Assembly: GCA_002633005.1 (NCBI GenBank)
Contig: NMRA01000457.1
Span: forward strand, 286,145 to 350,144
Direction: 5' to 3'
DNA: 64,000 nucleotides
Source of the DNA: Phoronis australis
Lineage: Eukaryota; Animalia; Phoronida
Shown in pieces: positions 13,101 to 28,100 of this stretch. Position numbers and translations under genes: made by a program. Each line of letters begins with the position of its first letter. Within the stretch, counting starts at the first letter, position 1. Under the pieces are notes generated by a model. That model worked only from the letters and a program-made list of their open reading frames with translations. It did no database searches and was not told the origin of the DNA.

Positions 13101-16100
13101 GGGAAATAAACCACTTAAAGATTAACAGAGGAAATGTGTTGGTCTAAAGTTTTGTCAGTTTTCAAATAGAAGAGATTTTGTTCTTGTGTTGCTTTTGATT
13201 AAAAGTGAATAATTTTTTGCAGCCTTGCCTTCAACGTGCTCTCCTGGCCACTTCCAATGTGACAATAGCCAGTGTGTTCAACAGTCTCAACGATGTGACG
13301 GGAATGACGATTGCTCAGATAACTCTGATGAGAAGGGATGTGGTATGTTTGGCATGGCCAGCCATTATTCTAGAGGGATGTGGTATGTTTGGCATGGCCA
13401 GCCATTATTCTAGAGGGATGTGGTATGTTTGGCATGGCCAGCCATTATTCTAGAGGGAATTACTTAGCAGTGTGACGGCTGTTGACAGTGTTTCAACTCA
13501 AATTTGGTGACGCACCTTCACCTTCTAATATTTGATACAAGACAATTTTGGTCAATCTGTTTCCTCCATCCCAAAAAGAAAAGAGTAAAATTTCACAAGA
13601 ATTCCTTTTGGTATTCAACATGGCATCTTATGAAGTGGTATTGCAACACCTATTAGCCACAAAGGCACTTCTCAATACATAAAGCAGTATACCAACATGT
13701 AATCTCAACATCACCCAGTCAGAATGTTTGATTGTTATTTTCCAACCATACATAAATCTATCACTGTGCTACACCTCGTTGCATTTGGAAAGAAGAGTAC
13801 GCTAGTCTCAAAATGTGTTTAAGCTGTACACACTGCGTCATCAGATGTCTGACTGAATTGCCAAAAATAAATTTTACACGAAGTCCACCCCTAGTTTGGC
13901 CGAGTCTGGCAGAATTCTGTAGAAATCTGTCCAGTTCACTTTGAAAACTATTGTCACAGCTATAGGTATATTCTCACAGACATAATACTTTTGCTCAAGT
14001 GAGATTCGATTATTTTTCAGAAAATACTTATGTGTATGGTAAGACTGAATTCACACATTTAGTGAAACAGGCCAGAGGTGTTACTACCCCCTTTACCAAG
14101 GATTCTGAGAAATTAGGGCTTGAATACTACTAGTAAAAGAATTTCTTTTTTATGTTTAGGAATGGGGAACAGTGATGACTGTTAAGTTGCTTTTGCACTA
14201 GAGTTAGTCCGAACTAGTCTGCAGTCGGAACATATTTTAGATCAGTATGATAACACACCGTACCAAATTGCTACCTTTTTCACGTGCTCGAACCGACATC
14301 TCACCCTCCTAACTTTGAAGCTCCTTCGTACTAAACACGAGATGTCGCTAGGCTGTACCAAGATGGGGATCCAACAACCAATTGCCACTTCTATTAATTT
14401 TGAGAATGTTTAAATTTACGACTGAACAGTGAGTAAGCAGAAATAGCAGAAATGACGCGGAGAATTCTGCACTCGAGAGATAATTTGGATGACTGAGCAA
14501 AATAGTCCAGACCAAACCTTTCGCATTGCGCTTAATGTAATCGGACACACTTTGGTTCGCTCAGCCTTTTCGAGCATCCCAACTTCAGTTATTGTAGTAA
14601 ATTTAGACCAGACAAGAATCTAAATCACCTTTCACATTAGGTTTAAATTTCTTGTGTTGGATAAAGAATGGGAGTCCACCGTACTAATTCCATAATGCGA
14701 AAGGCTCTTAAGTTATATAGAACAGCACAATTGGAATTATTACTTAATTAATATACACCTTAAGAATTTGTTGGGAGCCTGCATCTTGATTTTGAATACT
14801 GCTCTTGTCTGGAATATTCACTAAACCAGGGATGTTTGTAATATTATACTTGGACTTGATTCAGTCTGACAGCTCAGCCAAGTCAAGCTGCTAAGACTTC
14901 TGATTGGCCAGTAAGCCAGAGGTCGCTATAAAGAACTAATCGGGTGTTTTTGCTGGTGAATCACAGTGAATCAAGTGCAGTCAATGATTGACGAGGAATG
15001 GATTTTTTTCGAGTTACTTGTTAATCATCTATAAATAAAAATGTTTAGTTGGCCTTGTTTACCCACATGACCATGAAAATGATGACTGTTTTCTTAAATT
15101 GATGTGATATTAACATTTCATGTTGTTACAGAGCCTGCCACATGCGCTCCAAATCAGTTTATGTGCCACAATGGGGTGTGCATTGGAAGTAGCAAAGTTT
15201 GCAATGGTGTGTCTGAATGCAATGATAGCTCTGATGAAATAAACTGTGGTGGGTGTTTACGTTTTATAAGGCGTTTTCATTTTGTAGCATGTGAAGTATT
15301 CCCATAGATGGTTTGCTAAAATACAGCTAATGGAAAAATGTTTATTATTTAATGTCTTGGATAACGTCCGTTTGTGTTATCTTAATAATTGATTGTTTTC
15401 GAGACTTAAATCATATCACGCCATTGAGTACTCTTGTACTAAGTATGTTTCGATTATTCTTTGAATAGTTTATTTTATACTTTGATTGCTACCTGATTAC
15501 CAGTCCGTTCATTAATTGGACGTATCAATTTGTTCTATTTGCTATTAAATACCACACTGCCTTCTGCCGGTTCTAGTTTTATCAGAGTTCTCTCATAAGC
15601 TCCGAAAGACACACACTGCAGTGTGGGCACACAATGTAACAGCTGCCTAATATTCATTTCAAAAACATGAATCCGTTATGTACAGTACTTTTAATCCATT
15701 TTCTCTTTTATTGCAATGAATATTAGGCGGCTGTTGCGTTGCATCATTCCGAACTTATGAGATGACCTTAGGAAGTCAGAAAGTGCAGTCGTGAATGGCA
15801 TTTGCTTTAAAAAGTGATGCCAACATTCACAAATTGGTAAAAGTCCCTTGCAGGAGTCCCTCATTTTGCGAACCAGGGGGACCCATGTAAGTGACCATTT
15901 CCCACAAATATTTGATCGAGAACAATATTGTCATAGTTAATATGATTTTGTCATGATACCGTAAAAATATAGAATTATATCCTGCACTGCTTCTTGATGA
16001 CTTCTACTTCAAATCTTTGAGCTGTTCTTCCTCAATTTCAGATAAATCCAGCCCATGCTATTTGGATAACGGTGGCTGTGACCATAAGTGTACAGGCACG

Positions 16101-19100
16101 CCACAGGGATCAAGCTGTTCCTGTAGAGTTGGTTACTCCCTGGCAAATGACAGCAGGACGTGTGTTGGTAAGTGTAGGTACCACATCTGGCTGCCGCTCT
16201 ATCAAATGTTGTACACCCCATATCAGTTAAGGCACTCGTATTTAAAGTTTTTATTGGCACACAATTCTTCCAAGTCATTCGTGAAGATGGTTGTTCAGCA
16301 TAAATATGGCGTGCGGTAGAATTTTATGATATTTCGTTATTGTAAACATCACAGAATCATTTCGCAGCCCCATACTTACGGTACATGTTAAAGGTAATGT
16401 ACAAAGTGGGGTTTTCTTGTCATGACAGCCAATTTTTTACTGCAAAAATGCATTTTACCCAAAACGTTGAACGTTTAAACGCAATACTTATTTAAATGTT
16501 TTGGAATCCTTAATGTGTTAGTCCAGCTTTAGTTAGCTTAGATTGAAAACTTTGTTTGTTTACCATTGCTTCCTCGTACACGTTGATCTTTCCCTTGTAG
16601 ATATGAATGAGTGTTCAATAGAGGGCGCCTGTAGTCAGGTCTGTAAAAACACACAGGGTTCATTTGTGTGTGGGTGTGTGTCTGGTTACCAGCTCCGACC
16701 CAATGGTAGAACGTGTAAGGCTCTTGGTAAGTGCACGCTGACATAATGAGGACAGTGATGACAAGTCTTCCATATGAAAGTTATGCAGGACTTCATACCA
16801 ATTTCCATTAATGGGTCATGTGACCATGTCGTATGAGTTGAACTTAGCGAAAAATAAAGGTACATTCATAGTGAAACCATAGTAACATTAGCATGCTCGA
16901 TTGTTATTACTTTTCAAGAGGAAAGCTGAAAACGTTATGGTTACAGTTTTGTTAATTACGATTTTGCATTTATTGTGTGTAACTTTTGAGTTTTTTCAAA
17001 GTAGTCCTAATTTTATTTCCCCTCATGCAAAAGTGGAACATTTAAGAAAAAATACCTAACTGAATTTTAGCAAGAGGCTAATCACAAGCGCACGCGTTTA
17101 GAGTGATATATCCATACCCAGTCAATCAATCTTCATGTGTGCACTTGTGATTAGACTTGTGCTACTATTTTGACTAAAGAGCAACATTTTCAACAGAATT
17201 TTGACCTATTTTTTATTTTTTATTGTCAATTTTCATTAATGGTACTAGTGAAACTCTTGCAAATCTATCTGTTATCAGTAATGTGTGAGAATTCTGGTTT
17301 CTGATTGCAAGCCAAATTACGCAGAGTTGTTGCAGTTGACTTATTTGTTTCAGGGGGTGAAGTGTTTCTCATTTTTGCCAACCGGGTGGACATTCGTAAG
17401 GTTCTTCCTGACAAGTCGGAGTACACATCCATTCTGCAGGGACTTAAGAATGCTATAGCGCTAGACTTCCACCATGAGAGACATCTGGTGTTCTGGTCGG
17501 ACATCTCCTTGAACAAGATCAAAAGGGCTTACCTGAATGGCACAATGGTTGCAGAAGTGGTGAACACTGGTTTGGAGAGTCCAGGTATTTATCGTTTTTA
17601 TTTTTATTGTGTATGACTCTCAGCATTTAGGTCATATCTTACCGTTTACCATAAAAGCTTCAGCGCTTCTTTTAATTGTTACAAGCATTCATGATCTCGC
17701 CGAAGAACCTCAACCTCATCAGCGTTATCTTGCTTTCGATTATACCGTTATGTCAATTCCTCAGTTACCGGACATTTTTGTCTGACAATTCTGGCTATAT
17801 CTTTTAATCTGATTATTGAAAATTTAAATTGTGCTTTGTAGTGCCTATTTTGTCTAGCAAGTTGTCTTTTGACAGTCACATATCATTGCTTTCTACCTGT
17901 AGATGGCGTAGCTGTAGATTGGATTCACAACAAACTATTCTGGACTGACTCTGGGACAGCTCGGATAGAAGTGTCAAATCTGGATGGATCGCATCGCTCC
18001 GTGCTGCTATGGAAAAATTTGGAGAAGCCTAGAGCCATTGCAACCCACCCACAGAAAGGGTGAGAGTTTCCTAAATACCTGAATTTTGGATATTATCATC
18101 ACTCCAGTTTTACACTGGGGTGTGCCCCTGCTGTGATAAAGTACGTAACATGCCAAGAGATTTTTATTAGTCTCTAAAAGGGAGAGCTGAAAGTGATGGT
18201 TACCTGTTAACAGTTATTGTACCAAGTTGTAGGTTTTTTGTTTTCTGAAGCCTTTTTCCTTCCTACTGTGGAGTTTTTCTGGAAAATCCACCTCAAGGTG
18301 TCGGGGTAGTATCTATTGTACCCTAACAGCTGGTGTATTTTTGCCGATAAGTAAACCTATCTAATAATTTGTTCCCTGATATCTGTGGATCCCCCCAAAT
18401 ATTAGGGCTTAGTGCTATGAAACCTTGTTGAGGACTTAACCCTAGAAAACATTTCAACACTTTAGATTTCAACATTTCTCAAAATATGTCGTGCAATTGG
18501 GTCAATTTTCAAGTGCAGTCTATGAAGTTTGATGGTTTCTGGTCCAAAACTGAGTTTTTAGCTCGTGTCCAGAAGCCTATGACTAGTACAAATGCTCAAT
18601 TCTGTTACAACCGGTGATGCCACAGCCTTTGTTCCCAGACTCATCTTCTGGACCGACTGGGGTGAGCTATCAAGAATCGAGCGTTCAACCATGGATGGCA
18701 GTCAACGCAGCATGATCGTCCACACATCGCTGTTCTGGCCCAATGGACTTGCCATCGACTACGCCTCGGACAAGATCTACTGGGCAGATGCCAAACATCA
18801 TGTAATCGAGTGTGCCAGCCTGGACGGATCACATAGACGGACAGTGATCGACCAAGGTTTGCCACATCCCTTTGCCTTGACGTTGTTTGAGGATGAGATT
18901 TACTGGACAGACTGGCACACAAAGAGTATTAACAAGGCTAACAAATTTAGTGGAAATGACGTGGAGACAGTGACTAGCAGGCTTCACTTCCCTATGGACA
19001 TACACACCTTCCACCCTCAGAGGCAGCCGAGAAGTAAGTTTTACATTAAAAATCATGTAAATAATGTAGGAGATTGAAAGTTTCATTGATTTCTGTTAAA

Positions 19101-22100
19101 TTTAAATGCACGTCTCTTATGGTGAGACAAATTTAAATGCACGTCTCTTATGGTGAGACAATCTATGGTTATTTTGCGCTTGCCTACATAAAGGAGTAAT
19201 TATTTCCATAATAAAATATAAAACCCCTCACCTTAGCATGACCAGTTTCAGTCATGTTTTAAATTGAAAGAATTGTGTAAAGTTTATGGAAGAATCTTGA
19301 CAAACTCAGAAGGCTAATAATGACAGTGTCTGTTTGTATTCATTGCTGCTTTTTATTTTGCTTGACTGATGGTTAGGATTGAAGTAATGTTCCAACCTCC
19401 ATGGGTTTCACGAAATCTAGGATATGCAGTGAAAGTTGGAATTTTGTGATAAGCGTGTGCCAAACGAGTGCCATTCATCCCTAAAATGGTTTTCACGCTG
19501 TTCCTCACAAGTCATGTAACAACAAACAGACGATTTCCAGTGGAGAAATGGATGAAATAAAATTGTACACCTTCTGCAAGACAAGTGAAAGTGAAATCTT
19601 AAAAATAAAGCACTATAATTTTGTTGTATATTTTAACTCAGTTCTCTGTGTCGGCTTATAACAGTTTTGAGAAAAAATGAACAGATTTCTGTCAAGTAAA
19701 ATAATATTGTTTATTTTTGTTTAATAAGTGCAATGCTTTTAGTGCTTATTTCAGATAAACTCAAAATGATTTCTGGAAAGTATCGTAAAACTTTAGTCAC
19801 AGAAATTTAATCTTAGGCTCCCTTTTCACAATTGCTGAAAAAAGTTTGCGCCATTTTATTATGAGTGCATCACAGTCATAATTTGTACAATTATCTCGGT
19901 TACTAGCAGTTTTGTTTATTTATCAGAGACTTTGCACTGTTGCTCAAGTGATATTTGATTATTATTCAGAAATAGTTGTGTGGAGCGTAAAATCAAATTT
20001 TAATCTAAAATCACTTGTTATGAAACAGACCCTGGCATTTTGATTACTCAGAGGTATGCACTCACGATGTTACATTTAGTTTTGTTAACACAATATCTAT
20101 CAATCAACCTAATGTTTGTGGCTGTAGTGACGTCTGTCTGAAGCACTCCATACCCTACAGTGGCCTAGATATTTTATTATGCCTTTTAATAACCATCCAG
20201 GCATCAACCACTGCGGTCCGCACAATGGTGGGTGTAGTCACCTATGTCTGCCTAATACCCAGAGCTACAGCTGCCGATGTCCGACAGGCTTCCAGATGAC
20301 TAGAGACGGGAAGACTTGTACAGAGAGTAGGTTATAAACACATAAACACTGAGTGTCACCTTCTGTAGTAGGCACCAGCTGATGTCTCGTTAATGGAATA
20401 TGCTCAGAATGAGAGCACTCTTTTGTACACACAGTATCATAAATGCTCACAATAGATGATCAGCATGGCATAAAAAATTATATCAACCGTTAATATTATT
20501 TCTTATCAACTGATACATCTTATGATACCGTCCATAGGAATTCATAGAAATGGTTTATATGAATTCATACAAAGAAGTTAATCTTATTGTACATTATGAT
20601 CTACAAAAACTGTTTGTGTGTGGACTGGTCTATAACATCTGGTATAATGATAATTCTAGATATGAGGGACTTTTTGGTGTTTGCCCGGAGGACTGATATC
20701 CGTCGCATCTCATTTGACACGGAAGACCGGACAGATGTGGTGATCCCCTTGATGGGACTAGAAGCGGCGGTGGCCATAGACTGGGACAGTAGTAGGGATG
20801 AGATTTATTGGAGTGATGTTGCCACGGATACCATCAGCAAGGCGCGCTGGGATGGCACTGGACAGGAGGTAATGTTGTCATGGGGGTGGGGACCGTTGTC
20901 GTGGGAGTGGGGACCACCATCAATTGCTTGATATTAAAGATGTCTCTTGACCGAAAACTGTAAAACTCATGAACTGACTAGCAGTCTTTGTGTCAACTGA
21001 AAAGTATGTGATGGTGCCCACTGTTAGCAGTACACGATAGATGGCTCTGGATTCTGTGAAAATAAATTCTCAATATCTTACAATAGGTATCCCGGTTGAG
21101 TTGCAGGTTTCAGCATATCTTAGGAAAAAACAAAGACAGTGCAAAACTGACGAGTCACTGCAGTTTTCTCAAAAAAGTGAGAAGAGGATATTTTCCTTCT
21201 CTGTCATGTTTGTGTAAGTTATAAGGCAAGCAAAGAAGTGTATTGTAAAGGAATGTCCTTAATGAAAATAAACACAGAATTATAGGTTTTCTGGGAGTCT
21301 TTTGGATTTCTGAATGTCTTAGATAAAATAATTTAAAAGTACAAAACTGACAAGTCATTGATAGCAATTTGCTGTAGAAACATTGATGAGAATCTTGTGT
21401 CGTGTCGGTGCAATTATTTGCCTCAACAGTTTCCCTCTAGTGTCCTGCGTTTTTGTCCAAAACTTATTGGTCACTGTACAATGTGTAATTTCTGGATGGT
21501 TTAGACTATCTCTCTATAAGCGTTCTTGTCTTGTGGTATTATTCAGTGCTCATCAGTTTTGTTTATATTGTCTTTACAAGACCAGAATTCTTGGTTAGTG
21601 TTGATGTTTCGTCTCTTTTTAGCCCATCATCAGAAATAGTCTGGAGAGCGCTGCCGGATTGGCTATTGATTGGGTGACGAGGAAAATGTACTGGACGGAC
21701 GACGGCAAGGACATGATTGAGGTCGCCAATATGGACGGCACTGTACGGAGTATCTTGATTGGGGAGAACTTGGACAGACCACGTGACATCATTGTTGAAC
21801 CTGTGACTGGGTGAGGATAATTAAAGTGGGAATGTGTCATGACTGTTATGAGCTCACCACTGCAACAAGCATACCAAGAGTTAATGCACATTGCTCAGCA
21901 CCTCAATGGACTCACTGTCTAGATACGCAGCCTGCAGCCTTTCTGTTTAGGTTTGGCAGTAATCAAATCAAGAAAGTGTCGTAAACGTCACATTATTTAG
22001 CTCTTTCATTGTCATAATCAGGCAAGACCATCGAGCATGGACTTTCATTAGTTCTTTGGGGCTGTGCCAGTAAGCAACAATGTTGGCGTTTGCCGTGTCT

Positions 22101-25100
22101 GGTGGAATTTTAGCGCCCCTTTATTCGTTATGTTGACTGTAGGGGACTGATGCTTCTTTTCTTGAATGCACTCCAACATTCACGGAGTCGCCATTTTAGT
22201 AGTGAGCCTCTTTTGAGATTAAAAACAATGCATTTGAGACATGAATATAACGAGGCACGCTAACAGGTCATGCTTTGCGGTGTGATTAAGCACAAAATGC
22301 AATGTTTTTAAAACTCTAAAAAGAGCCTCAGTTTTAAAATGGGGATTGTGTGAATAAGGTGTATATAGCTAAAAAGACAACTTGAAGGTACATTTTACTG
22401 TCAGTATAAAAACAAGGATTTTGTATAAGCAGAGTAGACCATAAGGTTGAAAGGTTTGTGTTAAATTTAGTGTGTGAAAGGAAGGCTTTTGTCTTTTTCA
22501 ATAATGCAACCAGAGGTCTAGCCAATGGCACTCGCTAGTTTAGGATGTTGTAAATTACCTTGCAAACCAATAGTAGTGTAATACCTTTGTTTAGAGCTGA
22601 TATCTGTATTATCAGATCCTTTTATTGCCATCTTTAACTATGAAATTATCTAACGTGAAACTATGAAGAACTTAATATTCATCTAAATGTTGAGGGAGTC
22701 ATTTATGATTGCCTAAAACCAGTTTGAAGTTATGGCCGCAGAAATAACCGATCAAAACATCAATCATATTGTAAATACTAATCAAGATGTATGTTGGTGT
22801 AGACGGAGAGATTTTAGAAATGATGGAGTTACCTGCTTCAAGTTTTAAGCTACAGGACCTTCACCAGTGACTGACTCACTTGTTTTTTAGGTACATGTTT
22901 TGGACAGACTGGGGCGATTATCCTAGGATTGAACAGGCCGGCATGGACGGCTCTGAGAGAAAAGTTCTTGTCAGGTCTAATCTGACGTGGCCCAATGGAC
23001 TTGCCTACGACTATGATGACAGCAGGTTGTACTGGGTGGATGCTGGGATGCAGAGAATAGAGTACTGGGATATTGGAGGTCAGCATAGACAGGTATGCAG
23101 GTCTTCTAAGTTCTTTGCAAGCTGGGTTAGCCTTGAAAATGGCTGTCTTGTGTGTGTTTGGAAAAAGCTTTAACATAATTTATGTTTCCAGGCAGCCCTC
23201 TCCATATTGATAGAAGTGGCGCTTTGCCATGCGAAATATACCATAAAGCTTCATCATATAAGTTGTGATTTCAACAGAAGTCAGTCTCTGATATGAGTTG
23301 GAGGACTGGGTGTCCTGAAATTAACAAGTGCCTGGATTCCAATACCAACTGAATCTCCGACACTAGTTGGATCTACATTTTTGTAACTTTGGAAGGCACA
23401 ATTTACATATAGACAATTGTTATCTCAAGTCTTTAGTTAGAGCTTGTTTATTAATAATTACCGGGTTACTACTGCATGACATCTCTTTTATACACCGGAT
23501 CTGTTGAATGCACAGGCATCTATTGTGAGCTTCATGGCTCAGTCAAGGTTGGAGCTTAGTAGTATTTAGTCTTCAGGATTCCCACTTAACATAACATTTA
23601 ATCCCTTATTTGACCACACATGGTCAAAGCTCAGACCGTTATCTGTCACTCCGTTGGACATGTCGCTGTTGTTACCAGATGGTCATCTCCTCTGACCTGC
23701 CTCATCCTTTTGGCCTGGCTGTCCATCAGGACCAGATCTACTGGACGGATTGGATATCCAAGAGCATTAACAAGGGTAACAAGCAGGATGGTAGCAATAG
23801 AAGGGTGGTGAGGGCCAACTTGGACAACCTGATGGACATTCATATGTTCCACAGGAGGAGACCGCGAGGTGAGTCTTGATGGGGGATTTCAGTTGGTGTG
23901 CTGGTTTTAAAAGTTACCTAAATCTTGAAAATTTTGGGGGAACATGGCGCAAAGAAAATGTACCAAAGGCATTTCACAAAACAAAATCAGGTAAAACAAA
24001 TTACAGTCCTGATTAAAATTCATCAAGCTTTTTACTGATAAGGCTACTCAGTGCTTAAAGTAGATATTATCTTATTCAGGGTTTGTCTATGTTATTCAAG
24101 CTTGAACGAGAGCCTTTGGGCCTACATTTAATAAGCCGCATGCTATGCTTGTATAATTTTGCTAGCAATGTGGTAGGCGTCTTTATTTCAGCTCACCTGA
24201 GTCTTCAGCATGAGGACCATTGTTGCGCATGCACTGGTCATGAGATATGTTCAACTTGATGACTTGTCAGTTGGGAGAATTGGTCAAAGATACTCAGCTT
24301 GAATTGCGCTTCTGATGAATAATCTTATTCAAGCTTCCACTGAAATGTTTATCAGGAGACGAAGTTTTCTTAGTTTACAATTCAATGTTTAAAAAAGGTA
24401 ACTGGTCCACTTTTGCGAGATATTTGACAAGCCTGATTTGTCTTCTGTTGTTGAGCAGCAGCCTTTTTAAAGCCTACCTTGAACACTAACACAGTCACGT
24501 GAATTTGGTGTGAATATGTTGAGTATCATTGTGAGCGTGCCAATGCAATGAATTGCCTAAAGTATCCTACTGAATGATTAGCCTTACTGACTTGCGCTTG
24601 TCTACATCACTGCAAGTCCTTATATAGTGTTCCCTCCAGACCTCTATTCATTACACCACTTTTGGCCTTTCGTTCGTTGTTCTTTGATGTACTATTAATT
24701 AATCTTGATCACGGTTGATCAAATTTAGCTATCAATTAATGTTACGTAAAATTGTTTGTGTTTGCAGTGACCTCTGTGTGTAACATTGACAACGGTGGCT
24801 GCAGTCATCTGTGCTTGTTGTCGCCAAAGTTGGAGGGTTACAGCTGTTCGTGTCCCACTGGTGTACTGTTGAAGTCGGATGGTAGAACGTGTAATAATGG
24901 TGAGATTGGCATGCTGCATGAGTCGGCTAAGTGCAGCTATGAATTGGTTTTCCCAATTATAATGCCACACAGAGTGTCAGTTAGGCTTCGCTGCATTGTT
25001 ACAAATACTCCCGTCATTTAGTGATACCATTACTGTAGTAGATCTTTTTCCATTTTTCTGTTTTGTTGACAAATATGACAAACATAAAAGTTTACTTCTC

Positions 25101-28100
25101 AACGTTGTGTCCTGAATTATTGAATGTTTAGTGCAAATCAATTTTGCCATGACGATTCTAGATTCAGATGCAATCAATCTTTTCCAGTCATTCCTAATGA
25201 AATGCGGTCATTTTATGACCAATTTCTCACTGTGTTAAAATCTTCTGAGTTGCATTCCAAGCAAGAAAGGAATTATGACGAATCTAATGGAGGTCATTGA
25301 TTGCATTTGATGCTAGATTTCTCTCGCTAAAATGGTCTCTGATATTTGGAAGATGATTCTTTTGATGACTTTGTAATTAACTACTGATCCTATTGATTGA
25401 ATGAATCAATTAAATGCATAAATGTGTCAATGACATCATTAAGTTTTCATTTACTTAATGCTGAATGGAATGTGGTAAGAAATTATGCCAAGTATCTCAT
25501 AACACGGAAAAGCATGATTGGAGGACAATACCATAGTGGAAATTCACGTTTTCTCTGTGAAAGGTTACAGTGCACTTTTCATAAAGGCTTTCATGTTTTC
25601 TGTAGGCATGAAGAACTCGTTGATAGTTGCACGCCAGACTGAGGTACGACTAATACCCCTGGACATCAGCTTTTACACTGATGTCATACTTCCTGTCCCT
25701 GGTCTTCAGGACACTATAGCTGTTGGGGTTGACCCAGTCGCAGGTACGTAGTAACGGCAGCAGTTTTCATAAATGTTCACACATCTCTTCTCATCGAAAA
25801 TGTTTTATGAATTTAAAAAAATTGCCATTAAGTGTCATTGATTTTAATATTTTTAGTTTTTTCCTCTCAATTTTGCCTTTTTGATAAAAATTATCAACTT
25901 AATGCACATGCAAATAGTTAATGAGATGTGACCAACAGATGGCATGCTTACCAGCTTTTAGAAAACTTTCAGCCTTAATGTAGATTCTTTTCAAAAATTG
26001 AATAGCTACTTGTGGTGAGTATGAAGTTATGTCTCTATATTTTTGTTGTTAGTTGCATCAATTCTGTTTGGTTAAATGCATTTAATTTATTCGCCAAATT
26101 TGCAAATTGACTGATTTTCAATAATGTGGCAAATTTGTACCAACCATTTTGAAACTTTGATTTTAACACTTGAATCAGTTTTAAGCATCAATTTCTCTTT
26201 AATGTGTTGGTAGAAATTTTGATCATATATTTTAGTCTATAGCTGAGGAAATTTTTTCTCAGATTTTTGGTTTTCCTTCAAACACCGGGGGGTTACAGAC
26301 CGGATAAGTTATTTGGTGAAGTGTGAAGTCTTTGCGAGGGTCTAAGAACTACTGATTAGTTAACCGAGTAAGCAAGACATAGTTTTGTGACATGCAAGAA
26401 CAACATAGATGTTATTTTCTTGCAGGCAAAATCTACATGGCTGACAAAGTACTCAACAAGATCATGCGCTGCAATATGGATGGGTCTCACTTTGAGGATG
26501 TTATCACACACGGACTGCAGACCACCGAGAGTAAGTATGAAGGGTGCTCTGCAGACCACCGAGAGTAAGTATGAAGGGTGCTCTGCAGACCACTGAGAGT
26601 AAGTATGAAGGGTGCTCTGCAGACCACCGAGAGTAAGTATGAAGGGTGCTCTGCAGACCACTGAGAGTAAGTATGAAGGGTGCTCTGCAGACCACCAAGA
26701 GTAAGTATGAAGGGTGTTCTGCAGACCACCGAGAGTACGTATGAAGGGTGCTCTTCCGTCTTAGTCATACTTGAAGCATACATTACAAATCGGGTTACTC
26801 AGTCACGCATGTATTGTCACTTTGTAATATGACGATGAAACTAAGAGTTAGGTGTAAAACCTGACCTACTTGCGACGTCCGAGACTTTGATTGCTGCTTG
26901 ACGTTACGAAATTGATCAATAGATTCAGCCTAATGTGAATGGGATGTTCTGTTTGCCTTGTGTATTGTATATTTAAGCAGCTTGATGCAGAATAAATAAT
27001 GATAATCGCAATAAATGGAAATTTTGGTCAACAAATTTCTCTTGTGTACCGAAAGTGTTGGGTTAGAAGGGATTTTATCGTTTTATTGAAAACTAATAAG
27101 AATACAAATGAGTTCTCCAAAAATGTTGATTTTCCTCATTTTACAGAAACTAGTGATTTTCGTCTGAAATGTGTATTTTGTGTGCACTCTACATTGCCAA
27201 AAATCAAGGTAATGCTCCTTCTTACAATGTGTCGTTTTGTACAGGTATAGTGGTGGATGTTGCTGGACGGAAGCTATACTGGTCTGACTATGGCAAGAAA
27301 CGCATAGAAGTGTCACTACTGGACGGCTCCATGAGAAAAGTACTAATATGGCAGAATATTGAATACGTGAGGGCGCTAGCACTGCACTATGACGCTGGGT
27401 AGGTGCTAGCATACTTCGTGGAGTCGACTTACACTTGACGAGTTCAGATTTTGGTTAGCTTTTCTATGCTTAGTTTCAAGCATTTTGTGTGCCTACCTAC
27501 ACATTATGTGTGCATATTATTGTCATCCATGTCTGGGTATCGGGTGTCTGATCCTAAACACCTTGCAGGATATTAGTAAGATTTGACAGGTGTGACAATA
27601 GATGGCGACAAGTTTCGAGTCAAGTGACTACTGCTGTGCCTCTTGTGTCAATTTTAATTTTTTACAATTGCCGCTATGTCTTCCAAGTTTCTTGACAGAT
27701 TTTCACGACTTTTGGCAAAATAATGTGTTTCTGTTAGGGAGATAGAGGCCTTTTCATTTTTGGACGTATACGGATGTATTCTGCGCCACTTAGTGACACC
27801 TGCAAACCGCCCACTGTGAAATTTGGCATATGTGTTCTTGCTGAGCAGACTATGCCTGACACTGATTTTTGTATGGTCCAACTAGCGTGGTGCCTATAGT
27901 TACATTTTATTTTTTACGCCCATCCCTGTATCTTCTTAACTCTTTACGGGAACTTATTGAAATTTGACGAGTATTTTTCTTAAAACTCGACAACAGATGA
28001 CAACTTCTTTCAGATGGATCTGACTACTGCTGCTGTGCCTCCTAGTGGCAATTCGATTTGTTTGTGTTTTCCTCTGTATCTCTGGAGTGCGTTGACAAAT

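Noticed and set aside
26515-26754. 34-bp repeat as a CRISPR array or repeat protein
   Set aside because: Head-to-tail with no spacers; the ORFs are by-products of the repeat
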